From contig CAWHAB010000010.1 in NCBI GenBank assembly GCA_963827105.1, forward strand, positions 316,512 to 380,511: DNA of 64,000 nucleotides. The letters are read 5' to 3'. Origin of the DNA: an uncultured Solirubrobacteraceae bacterium. Lineage in GTDB: Bacteria > Actinomycetota > Thermoleophilia > Solirubrobacterales > Solirubrobacteraceae. Shown here piece after piece: positions 62,657 through 64,000 of this stretch. The position numbers and the translations under genes were made by a program. Below the pieces are notes generated by a model. That model was not told where the DNA came from, made no database searches, and saw only the letters and a list, made by a program, of their open reading frames with translations. Numbering within the stretch: position 1 is the first letter of the stretch; each line of letters starts with the position of its first letter.

Positions 62657-63379
62657 TCAGCGGCCGTAGCGCTGGCCGAGCACAAGCTGCTCCGGCAGCG
62701 CCGTGCGCGCAGGAGGCGACGGGTCGGCGATCACCGAGACGGTCTCGGCGACGCTCAGCGTCAGCAGCATGCGCTCGCCGTCGGCACCCCCGAGCACGAC
62801 GTGCTCGTCGTCGCGCTCGGCGAGCACGCCCTCCAGGCCGGGCTCCAGGCCGGAGGCCTTCAGATAGCGCAGCAGATCCTCGGCCTCGTTCTCGAAGCGC
62901 AGCACGCGCACCGAGGCGCCGACCTCGACGTCGGCGAGCGGGACGCCGGCAAGGCGCGCGCCGGCGACGATCGGGTGCCCGTGCGGGCACGTCTTGGCGT
63001 CACCGATCGCGGCGAGCATGCGCTCCTCGAGCACCGGCGACATCGCGTGCTCGAGCCGCTCGGCCTCCTCGTGAACCTCATCCCACGGAACCCCGAGGAC
63101 ATCGGTCAGGAAGCGCTCGATCAGGCGATGGCGGCGAACGATGCCCTCAGCGTGCGCGGCGCCGCTGTCGGTGAACGTGATCGCGCGGTTGGCAGCTCGC
63201 GTGATGTAGCCGTCGCGCTCCAGGCGGCCGACCATCTCGTGCACGGTCGGAGCCGACAGCTGCATCGCGCGCGCGACGTTCGCTCCGGTCATCGGCAGGC
63301 CGGCCTCCTGCAGCCAGAACAGGATCTGCAGGTACTCCTCCTCGGCGACCGTCGCCGTGCTCTCCTCGACGCCGCTCAT
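62657..63379 (-). CDS. DtxR/MntR family metal-dependent transcriptional regulator with FeoA/SH3 domain
   Basis: EEEYLQIL, SAPTVHEMVGRL, VRRHRLIERFLTDVLG, HEEAERLEHAMS, CPHGHPI. Confidence 0.95.
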   Translation of the reverse strand: MSGVEESTATVAEEEYLQILFWLQEAGLPMTGANVARAMQLSAPTVHEMVGRLERDGYITRAANRAITFTDSGAAHAEGIVRRHRLIERFLTDVLGVPWDEVHEEAERLEHAMSPVLEERMLAAIGDAKTCPHGHPIVAGARLAGVPLADVEVGASVRVLRFENEAEDLLRYLKASGLEPGLEGVLAERDDEHVVLGGADGERMLLTLSVAETVSVIADPSPPARTALPEQLVLGQRYGR

Positions 63380-63401
63380 CGCGCCTGATGCTAGACGACG
63401 C

Positions 63402-64000
63402 TCAGCTGAGGAGCTGCTCGTAGGTGCACTGCGCCGGGGGCTTGTCCTCGCGCCAGCGGCGCAGCTTGGCGCCGTGGCGGATGCGCCCCGCGGAGACGTG
63501 GTCGAAGTCGATCTCGACGACCAGCTCGGGGCGCAGCGCGACCCACTGCAGGTCCTTGCCCGCGCTCCAGCGGCTCGGCTCGGCCGAGCCGCGCTGCCGG
63601 ACTCATACGGCGCGAGGAAGCCGACGAGCCGGCGCTTCTCGGCGGCGCTGAGGCCGGAGCAGTGTCCGACGACGCGCAGATCCTCGCCGTCGTAGAGCCC
63701 GAGGATCAGCGCCCCCACCGTGTCCGGCTCCTTGCCCGGCCGCCAGCCGACGAGCACCGCGTCGATCGTGCGGACGCGCTTGACCTTCGCCATCCCCTTG
63801 CGCTCGCCCAGGCGGTAGGGAGCGGAGCGTTCCTTGGCGATCGCGCCCTCGGCGTGCGCGAGCCAGCGCTCGGCGCCGGCCGCCGTATCGACCGTCTCCA
63901 TCAACTCGATCGGCGACGTCGGCGAATCCCTCGAGCAGCTGCTCGAGCGCCGCTCGGCGCTGCGCGAAGGGCTGCTCGAGCAGCACCTGATCCTCGCGCG
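63402..64000 (-). CDS. ATP-dependent DNA ligase (LigC-like), 5' part outside the window, frameshifted
   Basis: EGAIAK, YRLGERKGMAKVKRVRTIDAV, GALILGLYD. The alternate frame gives PSRWSAGKDLQWVALRPELVVEIDFDHVSAGRIRHGAKLRRWREDKPPAQCTYEQL. Confidence 0.88.

Noticed and set aside
62657-63904. Apparent DNA ligase-DtxR fusion in the ORF track
   Set aside because: Artefact of a frameshift in the ligase gene. The ligase ends at 63402, and the regulator has its own ATG at 63379 with a -10 box.

Overview
Very GC-rich bacterial DNA. Gene content and leaderless-type starts suggest a deep-branching actinobacterium, possibly Thermoleophilia/Solirubrobacterales (inference). Many single-base frameshifts fall even in housekeeping genes (sucC, biotin carboxylase, sulfite reductase), so they are most likely uncorrected long-read indels. 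Layout: (1) About 1-33.7 kb is a large surface-glycan locus: GT4, GT2 and WecB glycosyltransferases, two WcaJ-like initiating phosphoglycosyl transferases, CpsB phosphatase, RfbG, Gmd, UXS, two NDP-sugar dehydrogenases, a DegT aminotransferase and acetyltransferases. It has two O-antigen-ligase/TPR proteins, each next to a small secreted, C-terminally anchored protein. It is interrupted by a TetR / R2lox-SCP2 fusion / methyltransferase / membrane-tethered ECF sigma block. (2) About 36.1-40.9 kb is a compact aromatic-acyl cassette: chorismate pyruvate-lyase, an apparent aryl-AMP ligase-ACP-LpxL/PatA-like acyltransferase tri-domain protein, and a convergent pobA. This is the best candidate for an undescribed system. 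(3) About 33.8-35.4 and 42.6-64 kb is mostly central metabolism: split methylmalonyl-CoA mutase, asd, acyl-CoA carboxylase subunits, sir-cysH-cysD-cysN, sucCD, an aminotransferase, a G1 peptidase, DtxR/MntR and LigC, plus a beta-helix surface protein and remnants of paralogues. No rRNA, tRNA, CRISPR array or transposase was seen.
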